Of a DNA stretch of 64,000 nucleotides, positions 26,260-36,341 are shown in pieces. The notes beneath the pieces were generated by a model. It was given only the letters and a program-made list of their open reading frames with translations. It was not told where the DNA came from and did not search any database. Position 1 is the first letter of the stretch; each line of letters opens with the position of its first letter. Position numbers and translations under genes: made by a program. This DNA comes from an uncultured Candidatus Saccharibacteria bacterium (GTDB taxonomy: Bacteria; Patescibacteriota; Minisyncoccia; UBA6257; 1-14-0-10-44-23), in NCBI GenBank assembly GCA_964549935.1, contig CAZJVT010000002.1, positions 191,066-255,065 on the forward strand, given 5' to 3'.

Positions 26260-27534
26260 ATGAAACGAGGCCTCATCGTCTTAGTATCAGCCACTGCGGC
26301 TCTTCTGTGCGCAGCATCCACTGCCCTTGCAGCGCCAGCGCTTAGTCAATCATCCGTCACTGTTGGCATAGGTCAGTCAACGGTTATAACCGCCCAGAAC
26401 CCAGTTACCCAAATTTACCGACTTAGCAACTCCAATCCGGATATTGCCGACCTACTCATAAACGAGTCTCAAATCACAATAACCGGCCGACAGTCCGGTT
26501 CAACTGCAATGAGCATCTGCTACGTTACGAGCAGCTCTGATTGCGCGGCACTTTCGGTCACTGTTACCACCGGACAGACAACTAATACTACGAACAATAG
26601 CGGAGGTCTTTCGTTCAATCCCCAAAATCCGACCATTATGCCCGGGCAGACGCTCCCGGTTACTATCTCCGGAGGCTCCGGCTACTTTGTGAGCAGTAAT
26701 TCAAACCCGGATATGGTCCCGGCATCAATCAACGGCAACCAAGTAAGTGTTTCCGGAAACCAAGTCGGCGCCTCAACAATTACGATTTGTTCGTCGACGA
26801 ATGTCTGCAGTGCGCTCAAAGTAACCGTAAGTACAAGTGCCGGCAGCACAACCGGAGTGACATTTAGTCCAACAAATCCCACCCTTGCTGTCGGCCAAAC
26901 GCTGAGCGTAAGCATCGGCGGACAAAGCTCGACCTACTTCATCTCGCTTAATTCAGCCCCGAGCCTCGTGCAAGCAACCATTAATGCAAACAACGTAAAC
27001 ACCTTAGTCCTCTACGGACTTGGCACAGGCTCGGCCTCAATCACCGTCTGCGGAAATTCAGGAGGATGCACCACGCTGCCGATTACAATAACCGGGACAG
27101 CCGCGACAACCCCAATCGCCCCAACCCCTACTCCTGTAACCACGCCGCCGGTAAACACAGGCGTCTCTTTACTCTCGGTGATTCAGGCGATGCAGGTTCA
27201 ACTCGCCCAGCTTCTGGCCCAGGTCCAGACAATGGCAACTGCTCTTAACCAGCTCGCAGCAAGCACAGGCGCAACTGTCTCTCCTAGTACAAATGCCGGC
27301 AGCGCTACAATAACTAAATTTACCTTCACTCAACTTCTCGATATCAATTCAGAAGGTGCCGAAGTCACCGCTCTACAGAAGAGATTGACCGAGCTTGGTC
27401 TTTACTCGGGTCCAATCACCGGCCGCTTCGGTGCGCTCACTCAGGCTGCGGTTAAGAAATTCCAGACACTTCACGGTATCGACGCCAAAGGCTTCGTAGG
27501 ACCGGAAACGCGCGCGACACTGAACGCACAGTAA
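26260..27534 (+). CDS. Secreted Ser/Thr-rich Ig-like repeat protein with C-terminal peptidoglycan-binding domain
   Basis: Three ~85 aa repeats, each with a Cys pair; EVTALQKRL...TGRFGALTQAAVKKFQ. Confidence 0.8.
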   Translation: MKRGLIVLVSATAALLCAASTALAAPALSQSSVTVGIGQSTVITAQNPVTQIYRLSNSNPDIADLLINESQITITGRQSGSTAMSICYVTSSSDCAALSVTVTTGQTTNTTNNSGGLSFNPQNPTIMPGQTLPVTISGGSGYFVSSNSNPDMVPASINGNQVSVSGNQVGASTITICSSTNVCSALKVTVSTSAGSTTGVTFSPTNPTLAVGQTLSVSIGGQSSTYFISLNSAPSLVQATINANNVNTLVLYGLGTGSASITVCGNSGGCTTLPITITGTAATTPIAPTPTPVTTPPVNTGVSLLSVIQAMQVQLAQLLAQVQTMATALNQLAASTGATVSPSTNAGSATITKFTFTQLLDINSEGAEVTALQKRLTELGLYSGPITGRFGALTQAAVKKFQTLHGIDAKGFVGPETRATLNAQ

Positions 27535-27625
27535 CCTGTAGATTTTTGCTGATTAAATAAAAACAGCCCGCAAGGGCTGTTTTTAGTGGGCCTAGTGGCC
27601 TTTTAAGTGTCCAGTCATAGATTTA

Positions 27626-27713
27626 GTATACCCCCACACCAACAAACGCGCGAATGGTTTATCCACAGCACAATATAACCCAACAAAACCGCCTTGTTGG
27701 TGTGGAGGTATAC
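27626..27713. repeat. Palindromic repeat (GTATACCCCCACACCAAC family), long-spacer copy
   Basis: gtatacccccacaccaacaa ... ttgttggtgtggaggtatac. Confidence 0.7.
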
Positions 27714-27736
27714 CACTTCTTTCAGGGGCCTGTGGA

Positions 27737-28669
27737 TTACTTCAGCCGACAGAGCGTCTTAACGGCGGCGATATCAGTCGCAGTCAGCTTCTCATTGGTC
27801 CCGGCGTTTAAACGATACATAATAGCTTTCGGGTCCTCCACGTGCTCAAGGCCAAGCGCGTGCCCCAGCTCATGCGCCAAAACACGAACGAGTTTTGTCT
27901 GATTATCATACTGATAAATATCAATCTCTGTTCCCGTAGCATCACGCTTATATATCCCCTCGTTGAAAACCTCACCCCGGGTTGCGCCTATCTCATTGTA
28001 CTGCTCAACATGTAAATTCAGATTAGCCGCCACCTGATTGAGCGAAACCACTAAAGCATTAATGTCTGCAACCTCCGCATTAAGAGCCACCTGCTTAGCC
28101 TTAAGTTGCGCAGACTCTGCCTGCAGGGCCTGTTGTTGGGCTTGTAGTTGCTCGTACGCCCCCTTCGGTGCTCCACCTTTTTTGTTCCACTGCTCAACCT
28201 GCTGATTAAAGGCCTCCTGCTTTTGGTTGAAAGCATCGAGCATAGCCGTGAAAGCCGCTTTATCAATTTGATACTGCGCATTAAGCTTTGTATATTCTGC
28301 CTTCATAGCCTCATAAGACACCTTCGTGTCTTTGACCGTTCCACCAATCGTCTGCAGCTGCTGCGTTACCTGCTGGCGATTGTCGTAGACCAAATTGATT
28401 TTTAAGGCACCGCCATCTTTGTACTCGAATAAAGGCTTGCCGACCGGCTTCTCCCAGATAGCCTCCGCCTGACTAACGGCAGACAAAAATGCTTCTCTCG
28501 AAATCCCAAATTTTGTGTCGAACTGCCCGAGACTGTACTCAATCGGCGCCGAACACGGCGCAAACTCATTTTGCAGCTGACGTAAAAATACGCCGAGCGG
28601 CGTACGGAAGTAGTATCCGACCCCCCCAACAACAATGACCATTGCAAGTACATTAAAAAACTTTTTCAT
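27737..28669 (-). CDS. Matrixin-family (M10) zinc metalloprotease with coiled-coil insert
   Basis: HELGHALGLEH plus Met-turn AIMY; start set at MKKFFNV. Confidence 0.88.
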   Translation of the reverse strand: MKKFFNVLAMVIVVGGVGYYFRTPLGVFLRQLQNEFAPCSAPIEYSLGQFDTKFGISREAFLSAVSQAEAIWEKPVGKPLFEYKDGGALKINLVYDNRQQVTQQLQTIGGTVKDTKVSYEAMKAEYTKLNAQYQIDKAAFTAMLDAFNQKQEAFNQQVEQWNKKGGAPKGAYEQLQAQQQALQAESAQLKAKQVALNAEVADINALVVSLNQVAANLNLHVEQYNEIGATRGEVFNEGIYKRDATGTEIDIYQYDNQTKLVRVLAHELGHALGLEHVEDPKAIMYRLNAGTNEKLTATDIAAVKTLCRLK

Positions 28670-28673
28670 AGCC

Positions 28674-29534
28674 TTATTCTTCGCTCTCCCTAATACGAAC
28701 CGAAAACTTAGGGTCATCGGCGTACTTCTCCGCCCGAGCATTGATTCGATACTTATCGCGCATCTCAGCAAGCGGTAGCGAGGAATCGATAAGGCCGATC
28801 TTTTGTGCAAGCTCGTCCGAATAAGCAGGCATGAGGACTTTAAAACTAAATGGAATGCGACCCGGCACGATCTCGTTGGCATGCGTGACGATATTAGTCG
28901 TGCAGGTGTTTGTCAGCGTGTTATAAAACTCCGGCTCGGTCGCCAGCTTGTTCGCGCGGCTGAGCATCGAGACAAAGAGCTTGCGCATATTCTCTTTCGT
29001 CGTCTTAACAGGATACAAAAATACCTGGTCCTTTCGGTAATTTGAGCGCAGTTTAATAACGTCATTCTCATCGGCAATGACATAGACTAACTCATACTGA
29101 CGTAGTAGTCCTTTAACCGCATCAAACATCTCCCCTTTCTCCTTGCGAATCTCAACCGAAATCGCCACGTACTGGTCGCCGGCGAAACCGAACGAGAGCA
29201 GCGTGTGCGCTGCGCCGGCACCGTGACCGGAAAACGGCTCCACCATAAACCAGACCGACTCCAGTTTATTTAAATCAAATGTTTTGTCGTAATAGCGAAC
29301 ATCGTAGTCGCTCGTCGTGCGGTACTTAATGTTGCGAATATTGGTAATCGCTACCTTATCGCCGTCAAAAGTCGCCCGAGCAAGCACCTGCTCATCATTG
29401 GTCCAGTCACGGTTGAGTGAAGGTCGTACAATCAGCGAAAAAACAAAATACAAAAAAGCGATGCCGAGAACCGGCAACCCTACCCATTTCCCCACCCAAC
29501 ACAAGAATCGATATAGTCTTCTAACTGCGGCCAT
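28674..29534 (-). CDS. DUF4105 (Lnb-like) domain protein
   Basis: AHTLLSFGF, SVEIRKE, FYNTLTNTCTT. Confidence 0.8.
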   Translation of the reverse strand: MAAVRRLYRFLCWVGKWVGLPVLGIAFLYFVFSLIVRPSLNRDWTNDEQVLARATFDGDKVAITNIRNIKYRTTSDYDVRYYDKTFDLNKLESVWFMVEPFSGHGAGAAHTLLSFGFAGDQYVAISVEIRKEKGEMFDAVKGLLRQYELVYVIADENDVIKLRSNYRKDQVFLYPVKTTKENMRKLFVSMLSRANKLATEPEFYNTLTNTCTTNIVTHANEIVPGRIPFSFKVLMPAYSDELAQKIGLIDSSLPLAEMRDKYRINARAEKYADDPKFSVRIRESEE

Positions 29535-29562
29535 TTAGTAACGATACCACAAGGTTTCCCGC

Positions 29563-29590
29563 TTGACATACCCCCAGGGGGGTATATACT
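29563..29590 (+). promoter_or_regulatory. sigma70 promoter with CsoR-type operator
   Basis: TTGACA-16 nt-TATACT enclosing ATACCCCC AG GGGGGTAT (G/C-tract pseudo-palindrome typical of CsoR sites). Confidence 0.85.
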
Positions 29591-29596
29591 CCGGAT

Positions 29597-29860
29597 ATGA
29601 CTATTCAAAAACAAAAATTGATTCGCCGACTAAAAATCGTCGAGGGCCAGATCCGTGGGTTACAGAAAATGATTTCTGAAGACAAGTACTGCATAGACGT
29701 TATTACCCAAACCTCTGCCGTGAAACAGGCGCTTTCCAACATCGAAGACGCCCTCATGGAAAGCCACCTCGGCCACTGCGCTATCAACCAAATTAAAAGC
29801 GGACAAACAGACAAAGCTGTCCGTGAAATTCTGAAAGTTTATACTTTAAAACGTAAATAA
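29597..29860 (+). CDS. csoR: CsoR-family copper-sensing repressor
   Basis: RLKIVEGQIRG...YCIDVITQ...HLGHC (C-H-C ligands). Confidence 0.9.
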   Translation: MTIQKQKLIRRLKIVEGQIRGLQKMISEDKYCIDVITQTSAVKQALSNIEDALMESHLGHCAINQIKSGQTDKAVREILKVYTLKRK

Positions 29861-29882
29861 TTAATTTGATGACGGTCAAATT

Positions 29883-29906
29883 ATCCTGAGTCACCAGACG
29901 AAGGAT
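29883..29906 (-). repeat. REP-like element CCTTCG..CTCAGG family
   Basis: Minus strand atccttcgtctggtgactcaggat. Confidence 0.6.
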
Positions 29907-29915
29907 CTACCTACT

Positions 29916-32228
29916 ATGAATCACGACCAAACTTTTGATATCAAAGGAATGCATTGTGCGTCGTGCTCTGCCATTATCGAAAAAACGCTCAAGAAACAAC
30001 CCGGCGTTATTTCTGCGCAGGCAAATTACGGCACCGAAAAGGCAAAGGTTTCGTTTGACGACGGCAAGATAAGCGCAGAGCAGCTATCAAAGAGCGTTGA
30101 GCCACTCGGATACTCGCTCGTCATGCCGAAGATGCCAACGCCGGGCTCGGCGTCCTCAATGGGCATGTCGGAAGACGAGCACGCGGCACACCTCGGGCTC
30201 AACCAATCCAAAGATGAGAAGTTGCTCGAACTAAAGGCCGTAAAACGCAAAGTTCAGTCAGTTATCCCGCTGGCGGCCTTTAGTATTTTTATCATGGCCT
30301 GGGATGCGCTGGCGCAGTTCAAGGTGGTCCTCCCTCCCCCGGAGATATGGGAAACCTTTTTCCACCATCTGCTACCAATCTTCGCAACCTATACCCTCTT
30401 TGTCGTAGGCACCCCCTACCTGATGGGTGTTTACCGCTTCCTCCGTTACCGTAAAGCAAATATGGATACCTTGATTGGTATCGGCACGCTGGCCGCCTTT
30501 CTGTACAGCTTTGTTCTTACTGCCTTCGAGAATGCCCTACGCCCCTTCTTGGACGTGGGCCAGACTTATTACGACGTCGCCATCGTGGTCATCGCGTTTA
30601 TTACGCTCGGTAAATACCTGGAGATGCGATCGAAAATTAAAACCGGAGATGCTATAGAAAAACTCTTAAACCTTCAGGCCAAAACGGCTCTCGTTATCCG
30701 CGACGGGCACGAAATCGAATTACCTATCGGCGCAGTCAAGCACGGCGACCTGCTGATAGTTAAATCCGGCACAAAAATCCCGGTTGATGGCGTCATCACA
30801 GAAGGCTCCTCGTTTGTCGACGAATCAATGATGACCGGCGAGCCAATGCCGGTTGAGAAGAAATCCGGCGATTCAGTCGTGGCTGGCACACTCAACACCT
30901 CCGGAAGCTTTACGTTTAAGGCAACGAAGGTCGGCTCCGAGACTCTCCTCTCGCACATCATCAAAATGGTGGAGGAGGCCCAAAGCAGCAAAGCACCGAT
31001 TCAGGCGCTTGCCGACAAAATCTCGGCTATCTTCGTACCCATCGTTATCGCTATCGCCTTTTTAACCCTCATACTCTGGATTATTATCGGCAGCCAGTCG
31101 TTCGGCTTTGCTCAAGCACTCTCCTACGGGCTGACCTCATTCGTTGGAATTCTCGTCATTGCCTGTCCCTGCGCTCTTGGCTTAGCAACACCAACAGCGA
31201 TTATCGTCGGCGTCGGTAAAGGCGCGCGAGAAGGTATCCTTATTAAGGATGCGGCGACGCTGCAGGAACTCCACAAAGTAACTGTACTCGTCGTCGACAA
31301 AACCGGCACGATTACCAAGGGCAAACCGGAACTCACCGCGCTTGAACCACTTGGTGATCTTTCTGAAGAAAAAATACTCGCTCTCCTTGCGGCGCTGGAA
31401 AGTCGCTCTGAACACCCGATTGCCCACGCCATCCTCTCTGCTGCTAAAGCACGCGGTATTGCATCAGCAAGTGTAGAAAACTTTGAAATGCTCAAAGGCA
31501 AAGGCGTGAAGGCAACGATTGGAGGTGTCGAGTACTTCGCTGGCAATGCACTCCTCATAAAAGAACTTGGGCTTACCTTTACTACCACCTCGCTCGATCG
31601 CGGCGCTAAAGAGGGCAAAACGCCTATCATCCTCGCAACTGCAAAGCAGGTTATTGGAGTAGCTCTCGTGAGCGATGCAATTAAGCCGGAGGCCAAAGAG
31701 GCGGTCGCCAAACTCCACAAGCTTGGCGTTAAGGTTATTATGGCCACTGGTGATAACGACGATACCGCCCGCTTTATTGCCAAGCAGGTTGGGATTGATG
31801 AGGTTATCGCGCATGCTCTGCCACAAGATAAGTTGGCTAAGATTAAAGAGCTCCAAAGTCAGGGTTTTGTCGTGGCTATGGCCGGTGACGGCGTCAACGA
31901 CGCTCCGGCGCTTGCGCAGGCCAATGTGGGCATTGCAATGGCAACCGGCACAGACGCGGCCATTGAGTCTGCGGGCATCACTCTGCTTAACGGCGATCTT
32001 TCTCGCCTCGCGAAAGCCATTCGGCTTTCGAAGCTGACGATGCGCGGTATAAAACAAAATCTTTTTTGGGCGTTTATTTATAACGTCGTCGGGATTCCTC
32101 TCGCCAGCGGCTTGTTTTTCCCCTTCTTCGGCTGGCTGCTCTCCCCTGTCTTTGCCGGCGCGGCGATGGCCTTCTCGAGCGTCTCAGTTGTCGCCAACTC
32201 ATTACGATTAAAAACTAAGAAATTATAG
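29916..32228 (+). CDS. copA: Cu(I)-translocating P1B-type ATPase
   Basis: HMA GMHCASC, TGE, CPC, DKTGT, SEHP, GDGVND, YN and MAFSS. Confidence 0.95.
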   Translation: MNHDQTFDIKGMHCASCSAIIEKTLKKQPGVISAQANYGTEKAKVSFDDGKISAEQLSKSVEPLGYSLVMPKMPTPGSASSMGMSEDEHAAHLGLNQSKDEKLLELKAVKRKVQSVIPLAAFSIFIMAWDALAQFKVVLPPPEIWETFFHHLLPIFATYTLFVVGTPYLMGVYRFLRYRKANMDTLIGIGTLAAFLYSFVLTAFENALRPFLDVGQTYYDVAIVVIAFITLGKYLEMRSKIKTGDAIEKLLNLQAKTALVIRDGHEIELPIGAVKHGDLLIVKSGTKIPVDGVITEGSSFVDESMMTGEPMPVEKKSGDSVVAGTLNTSGSFTFKATKVGSETLLSHIIKMVEEAQSSKAPIQALADKISAIFVPIVIAIAFLTLILWIIIGSQSFGFAQALSYGLTSFVGILVIACPCALGLATPTAIIVGVGKGAREGILIKDAATLQELHKVTVLVVDKTGTITKGKPELTALEPLGDLSEEKILALLAALESRSEHPIAHAILSAAKARGIASASVENFEMLKGKGVKATIGGVEYFAGNALLIKELGLTFTTTSLDRGAKEGKTPIILATAKQVIGVALVSDAIKPEAKEAVAKLHKLGVKVIMATGDNDDTARFIAKQVGIDEVIAHALPQDKLAKIKELQSQGFVVAMAGDGVNDAPALAQANVGIAMATGTDAAIESAGITLLNGDLSRLAKAIRLSKLTMRGIKQNLFWAFIYNVVGIPLASGLFFPFFGWLLSPVFAGAAMAFSSVSVVANSLRLKTKKL

Positions 32229-32230
32229 TT

Positions 32231-33241
32231 ATGCAAACCTATACCTTCCATGTTCACGGTATGCATTGTAACGCGTGTGTACTGCTTACTGAAGAAAATT
32301 TAAAGGAGGCTCTCGGCGTCTCGGCAGTCAAAGCCAATCTTGCAAATCACACCGTCATCGTAACCGGAGAATTTACAGAACCAGCCGTAGAAATAGCTAA
32401 GCGGCTTTCGAAGTTGATGCCCGAGGGCTACTCTATCTCACTTGAAAAGCAAATCATCAAACCGAAGTGGCAGGAGTTTACCTATGCCCTGCCGATAGCA
32501 GTGGTGCTTATCGCCGGATTTTATTTCCTCCAAAAAGCTAATCTGGTCAACCTTATAGGTAGCGGCACCGTAAGTTACGGCACGGCGCTCCTGGTCGGCC
32601 TCATCGCCTCGGTATCGAGCTGCCTGGCAATTGTGGGTGGGCTCGTCCTCTCACTTTCCGCGAATTACGCCAAAGATGGTTCGCGCGTAAAACCGCAACT
32701 CCTTTTCCACATTGGGAGACTTGGCGGCTTCTTCGTCCTTGGTGGTCTGATCGGCCTCCTCGGTAAGTCTTTCGCGCTTGGAGCAACCGGTTCGGTCATT
32801 CTCGGCATCATCGTCGCCGTCGTGATGCTCATTCTCGGCATTAACCTACTCGATGTCTGGCACGGGGCCAAACGTCTTCAGCTTGCGATGCCTAAGGCCT
32901 TCACGCGCCGAGCCTTTGGCAGCAAGGCAACACAGGTATACGCCCCGCTCCTGCTCGGTCTTGCCACTTTCTTCCTCCCCTGTGGGTTCACCCAGTCAAT
33001 GCAGGTGTATACGCTTTCGACAGGAGGCTTCCTCGCCGGCGGACTGACAATGCTCGTCTTCGCACTTGGCACACTACCGATGCTCGCCCTGCTTTCATTC
33101 AGCTCGATGAATATTATGCAAAAGTCCTGGAATGGCGTCTTCTTTAAAACTGCCGGCCTTATCGTCATCGCCCTCGCAGTGTTTAATCTGATTAACTCAT
33201 TAGTGGTTGCCGGCATTATCGATCCCGTGTTTAACTTTTAA
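32231..33241 (+). CDS. HMA plus DsbD_2/TauE-like membrane protein
   Basis: GMHCNAC; SSCLAIVGG; LPCGFTQ. Confidence 0.85.
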   Translation: MQTYTFHVHGMHCNACVLLTEENLKEALGVSAVKANLANHTVIVTGEFTEPAVEIAKRLSKLMPEGYSISLEKQIIKPKWQEFTYALPIAVVLIAGFYFLQKANLVNLIGSGTVSYGTALLVGLIASVSSCLAIVGGLVLSLSANYAKDGSRVKPQLLFHIGRLGGFFVLGGLIGLLGKSFALGATGSVILGIIVAVVMLILGINLLDVWHGAKRLQLAMPKAFTRRAFGSKATQVYAPLLLGLATFFLPCGFTQSMQVYTLSTGGFLAGGLTMLVFALGTLPMLALLSFSSMNIMQKSWNGVFFKTAGLIVIALAVFNLINSLVVAGIIDPVFNF

Positions 33242-33266
33242 CAGAGAACCTATTAATAATCTAAAT

Positions 33267-33662
33267 ATGGTTGATAAAAAAATTGGAGCCTCAATAATCA
33301 TCAGTGTCGCTATCATAGCTGGAGCGCTATTTCTCGCCGGTGGCAGCTCGCGCCAAGACGCCGGGGTTCAGGCGCAGCAAGCGACGATAGTAGACGGCAA
33401 ACAAATTGTCGACATCACCGCCCGCGGCGGCTACTCCCCTCGTCTTGTGAAAGCGAAGGCCGGCGTGCCGACCACGATTCGAGTAACAACTAAAGATACC
33501 TACGACTGTTCCGTCAGCCTCGTCATCCCGAAGTTAAGCTACAAGAAATTCCTCGGCCCAACCGGCACAGAAGAAATCGCAATTTCACCGGACCAAGCAA
33601 AAGGGACCTACAACGGCTTGTGCAGCATGGGAATGTATTCGTTTAAGGTAGTTTTTGAGTAA
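33267..33662 (+). CDS. Cupredoxin-domain protein
   Basis: GGYSP, C...CSMGMY. Confidence 0.85.
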   Translation: MVDKKIGASIIISVAIIAGALFLAGGSSRQDAGVQAQQATIVDGKQIVDITARGGYSPRLVKAKAGVPTTIRVTTKDTYDCSVSLVIPKLSYKKFLGPTGTEEIAISPDQAKGTYNGLCSMGMYSFKVVFE

Positions 33663-33672
33663 CCACACGGGA

Positions 33673-33915
33673 CTACTCTCCTTCCATCGCTTTAAGTTTG
33701 GTGTAATAATCCGGGATTTCTTTGAGATGAGCCCAGGCGATTTTGCCGGTCATCATCAAGTTGTCATTCGTGACATTGGTAACCGGATCTTTAAGCCCGT
33801 GTTCCAGCTCGACGGCAAGCCCCATTCGAAACTGCTCGATGTTAACGTCTGTCCACTTGATACCAAGTTGCTCGCCTATTTGCCGCGCTTCATCTAGCGT
33901 AAATTCTCTTTTCAT
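33673..33915 (-). CDS. DUF5661-like small protein
   Basis: FRMGLAVELEHG...TGKIAWAHLKEIPDYYTKL. Confidence 0.75.
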   Translation of the reverse strand: MKREFTLDEARQIGEQLGIKWTDVNIEQFRMGLAVELEHGLKDPVTNVTNDNLMMTGKIAWAHLKEIPDYYTKLKAMEGE

Positions 33916-33972
33916 AGAGAGGACTTCGCCGCGCCCGACAGAGTGCCGGGCGCGGATTAACGACCTTTAAAA

Positions 33973-34251
33973 CTACTGCCCGTGCGACATCTTGTGCACC
34001 TTGTTCCAGAGCCAGCCAAACGCGCAACCCATTATGTAACCAATGATGCCGGTAATGATGAGTAACATCAGCGCTGAGCCGAAGTTAAACGGCATTACCT
34101 GGTACACCGGCGTAATCATATGCAGGTTGAAGATCCAGTCCATAAACGGCTGGGCAAGCCCGATGAGAATCATCACCGCCCAGGTCGCATGAAACAGAAT
34201 CATAAAACCAGAAAACACCAATCCCACCTTGTGTGGACGAATCGGAGTCAT
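33973..34251 (-). CDS. Small 2-TM hypothetical protein
   Basis: HATW...DWIFNLHMI...WLWN. Confidence 0.7.
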   Translation of the reverse strand: MTPIRPHKVGLVFSGFMILFHATWAVMILIGLAQPFMDWIFNLHMITPVYQVMPFNFGSALMLLIITGIIGYIMGCAFGWLWNKVHKMSHGQ

Positions 34252-34336
34252 GTAATTATATGAGAGAAATTAGTTCGACCTTTAGATCGAGGCCTCAACC
34301 AATCTAAGCACTTTCAGTATACTCCCGCTTTTACTG

Positions 34337-34654
34337 CTAGACAATTTGCAGCGAAACAGTGATTGTATCCCCGTTCATCACGCCCTCCTTTTTGCGTACG
34401 CTGGCTTTAATTGGCAGGATGTACGTTTCTGATTGTTTGTGCGGGAACATCGAGGTATCCCAACTGGTGCCGACTTGTCCTGAGCCCGGCCGAAGGATCG
34501 TCGCCCTCACCCGCACAGCGCCCCACCCCCTGCGTTCCTTACCCTGTTGCGCCTTTGCGACGAGCGCCGCCTCTTTTTTAGGCAACGAAACAAAATGCCA
34601 GGCGGCATCACCAGGATAGAGCCAAACTTTTGCTTTGAAACTTAGTTTTCGCAT
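34337..34654 (-). CDS. DUF1905 domain protein carrying an in-frame REP insertion
   Basis: WHFVSLP, GWGAVRVRATI, WDTSMFP, LPIKASVRK; extra LRPGSGQV encoded by the repeat. Confidence 0.85.
   Translation of the reverse strand: MRKLSFKAKVWLYPGDAAWHFVSLPKKEAALVAKAQQGKERRGWGAVRVRATILRPGSGQVGTSWDTSMFPHKQSETYILPIKASVRKKEGVMNGDTITVSLQIV
34474..34498 (-). repeat. REP-like element inside a CDS
   Basis: Minus strand atccttcggccgggctcaggacaag. Confidence 0.75.
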
Positions 34655-35061
34655 TACGCCTTCATCTCCGCACGGTGCAGTCCAAAGAGGTTGCCGTCCA
34701 AGTCTTTGCAGTAGGCCATCTCGCCAACACCCGGAATTGCAAACTTTGGCAACGCAATCGTCGCGCCGGCGGCTACCGCCTTTTTTAAAGTCTCATCAAC
34801 GTCTGCAACTACCATCGTGCAAACAAAGCCGTTAACCGGCGCATCAGCCGCCGGCGCCGGACCGCGGCGCTTTACGAGCCCGCCGTTAATCCCGTCCGTT
34901 CCCTTTTCGCCGGTAATAATGCCCCAGTAAATCTCGGCCGGCTTGTCGCCCATTGCCGGAATCGGCCACTCGCTAAAGGTCCAGCCAAAGACTGCTTTAT
35001 AAAAGGCCATCGCGCGCTGCTCATCGGCAACGTGAATCTCGAAATGTGCAGGTCGGTTCAT
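34654..35061 (-). CDS. VOC/glyoxalase family protein
   Basis: HFEIH, FYKAVFGW, GINGG, DLDGNLFGL. Confidence 0.9.
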   Translation of the reverse strand: MNRPAHFEIHVADEQRAMAFYKAVFGWTFSEWPIPAMGDKPAEIYWGIITGEKGTDGINGGLVKRRGPAPAADAPVNGFVCTMVVADVDETLKKAVAAGATIALPKFAIPGVGEMAYCKDLDGNLFGLHRAEMKA

Positions 35062-35140
35062 AGTGTTTATAGGGTTAATTTCTTTTAGTATACACTAAAT
35101 GCCTTTGAGCGAGATCGGCTCCTTCCGCGCGGCCTCTTTC

Positions 35141-35968
35141 CTACGAAAAACCGAGCAGCTTCCCAAGACTATTCTTACCTTTTGCTTCGAGGAGCTCCTT
35201 GAGACGAGGGATTTCTTCCTGCATCAACGCTTCGCCGGTCAAAATTTTGTCTTGCCCATTCACGAAGTCATACCACTTGTTAGACCTTGAATCCAAATTG
35301 ACGACAATGTCAGCCTCTTTCGACTGATACAGAGCTAAGTAGTGACGCATGATATTCATAGAGTCATTCGCGATACCCACCAAGCCCGAACTCGAATCAT
35401 CATGAGCATTGTGATTATCAAGATTTACGGCAATAACAATATCTGCCCCCATCTTTCTCGCACTTCCCACTGGAACTGGCGCCCCAACTCCTCCGTCAAC
35501 TAAAAGTTTGCCGTCTATTTCGACCGGCTGAAAAACTAAGGGTAAAGAGATACTCGCTCGAATAGCACTTGCCATGTCCCCTTTATCCAAAACAACGACC
35601 TCGCCTGTTTTAATATCAATAGCAGTTGCAGAAAATGGGATTCGACAATCCTTAAAATCTGCTACTGCTAAGTTACTTTCAACAAAAGATTTTATCTTGT
35701 CTCCTTTCATAAACCCTTGCCCAACGCGAGGGTCGAGCAAAGCAAGCATATCTCTGCTGGTCATTTTCAAAACAATTTCTTCGATTTTTCCTATGGCGAG
35801 TCCGGATGCGTAAAGACCGCCGATTATCGCGCCGATACTCGAACCGGCGATATAGTCGATAGGAATGTTATTCTTTTCGAGCGCTTTAATAACGCCAATA
35901 TGAGCTAGCCCCCTAGCTGCTCCGCTGCCAAGAGCCAATCCAATTTTTGGCCGATCTCCTTTTCGCAT
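35141..35968 (-). CDS. Patatin-like phospholipase (RssA-like)
   Basis: GSGAARG, GSSIG, DGG. Confidence 0.92.
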   Translation of the reverse strand: MRKGDRPKIGLALGSGAARGLAHIGVIKALEKNNIPIDYIAGSSIGAIIGGLYASGLAIGKIEEIVLKMTSRDMLALLDPRVGQGFMKGDKIKSFVESNLAVADFKDCRIPFSATAIDIKTGEVVVLDKGDMASAIRASISLPLVFQPVEIDGKLLVDGGVGAPVPVGSARKMGADIVIAVNLDNHNAHDDSSSGLVGIANDSMNIMRHYLALYQSKEADIVVNLDSRSNKWYDFVNGQDKILTGEALMQEEIPRLKELLEAKGKNSLGKLLGFS

Positions 35969-36009
35969 AAAGTGCTTTCAATCCGCTATGTCCCGAATCA
36001 AGTTAAAAT

Positions 36010-36099
36010 TGGCGGAGGCGGGAGGATTCGAACCTCCGGAACGGTTTCCCGTTCAACTTCTTAGCAGGAAGCTGCATTCGACCGCTCTGCCACGCCTCC
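36010..36099 (-). tRNA. tRNA-Ser(GCT)
   Basis: ggaggcg...cgcctccGCCA; anticodon ctGCTaa; long variable arm. Confidence 0.95.
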
Positions 36100-36341
36100 G
36101 TGTAGAGCAAAGTAAGAATACTTGATTGTTCGCTTATGGTCAATCAATCAAAAATATATCATATATGATATATTTTTAGGCATTCAAAAAACCCGACTCC
36201 GCGAAAATCTGTAACTCTTCCCCTCTTCTGCCGGCTCTTGATTGATACCTACCGGACCCCTCTGGCACGAGAAGCAATAAACATTTATACTTGTTGAGCT
36301 TAAATTTTCTGCCCCTCTTCTAATAAATACTACTTCTAGCT

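Noticed and set aside
16083-27667. DnaA-box matches TTATCCACA at 16083 and 27659 (near-match at about 7617) as a replication origin
   Set aside because: Isolated single boxes with no cluster and no dnaA/dnaN nearby.
29563-33662. CsoR-CopA-DsbD_2-cupredoxin cluster as a novel system
   Set aside because: Matches a well-known copper homeostasis arrangement.
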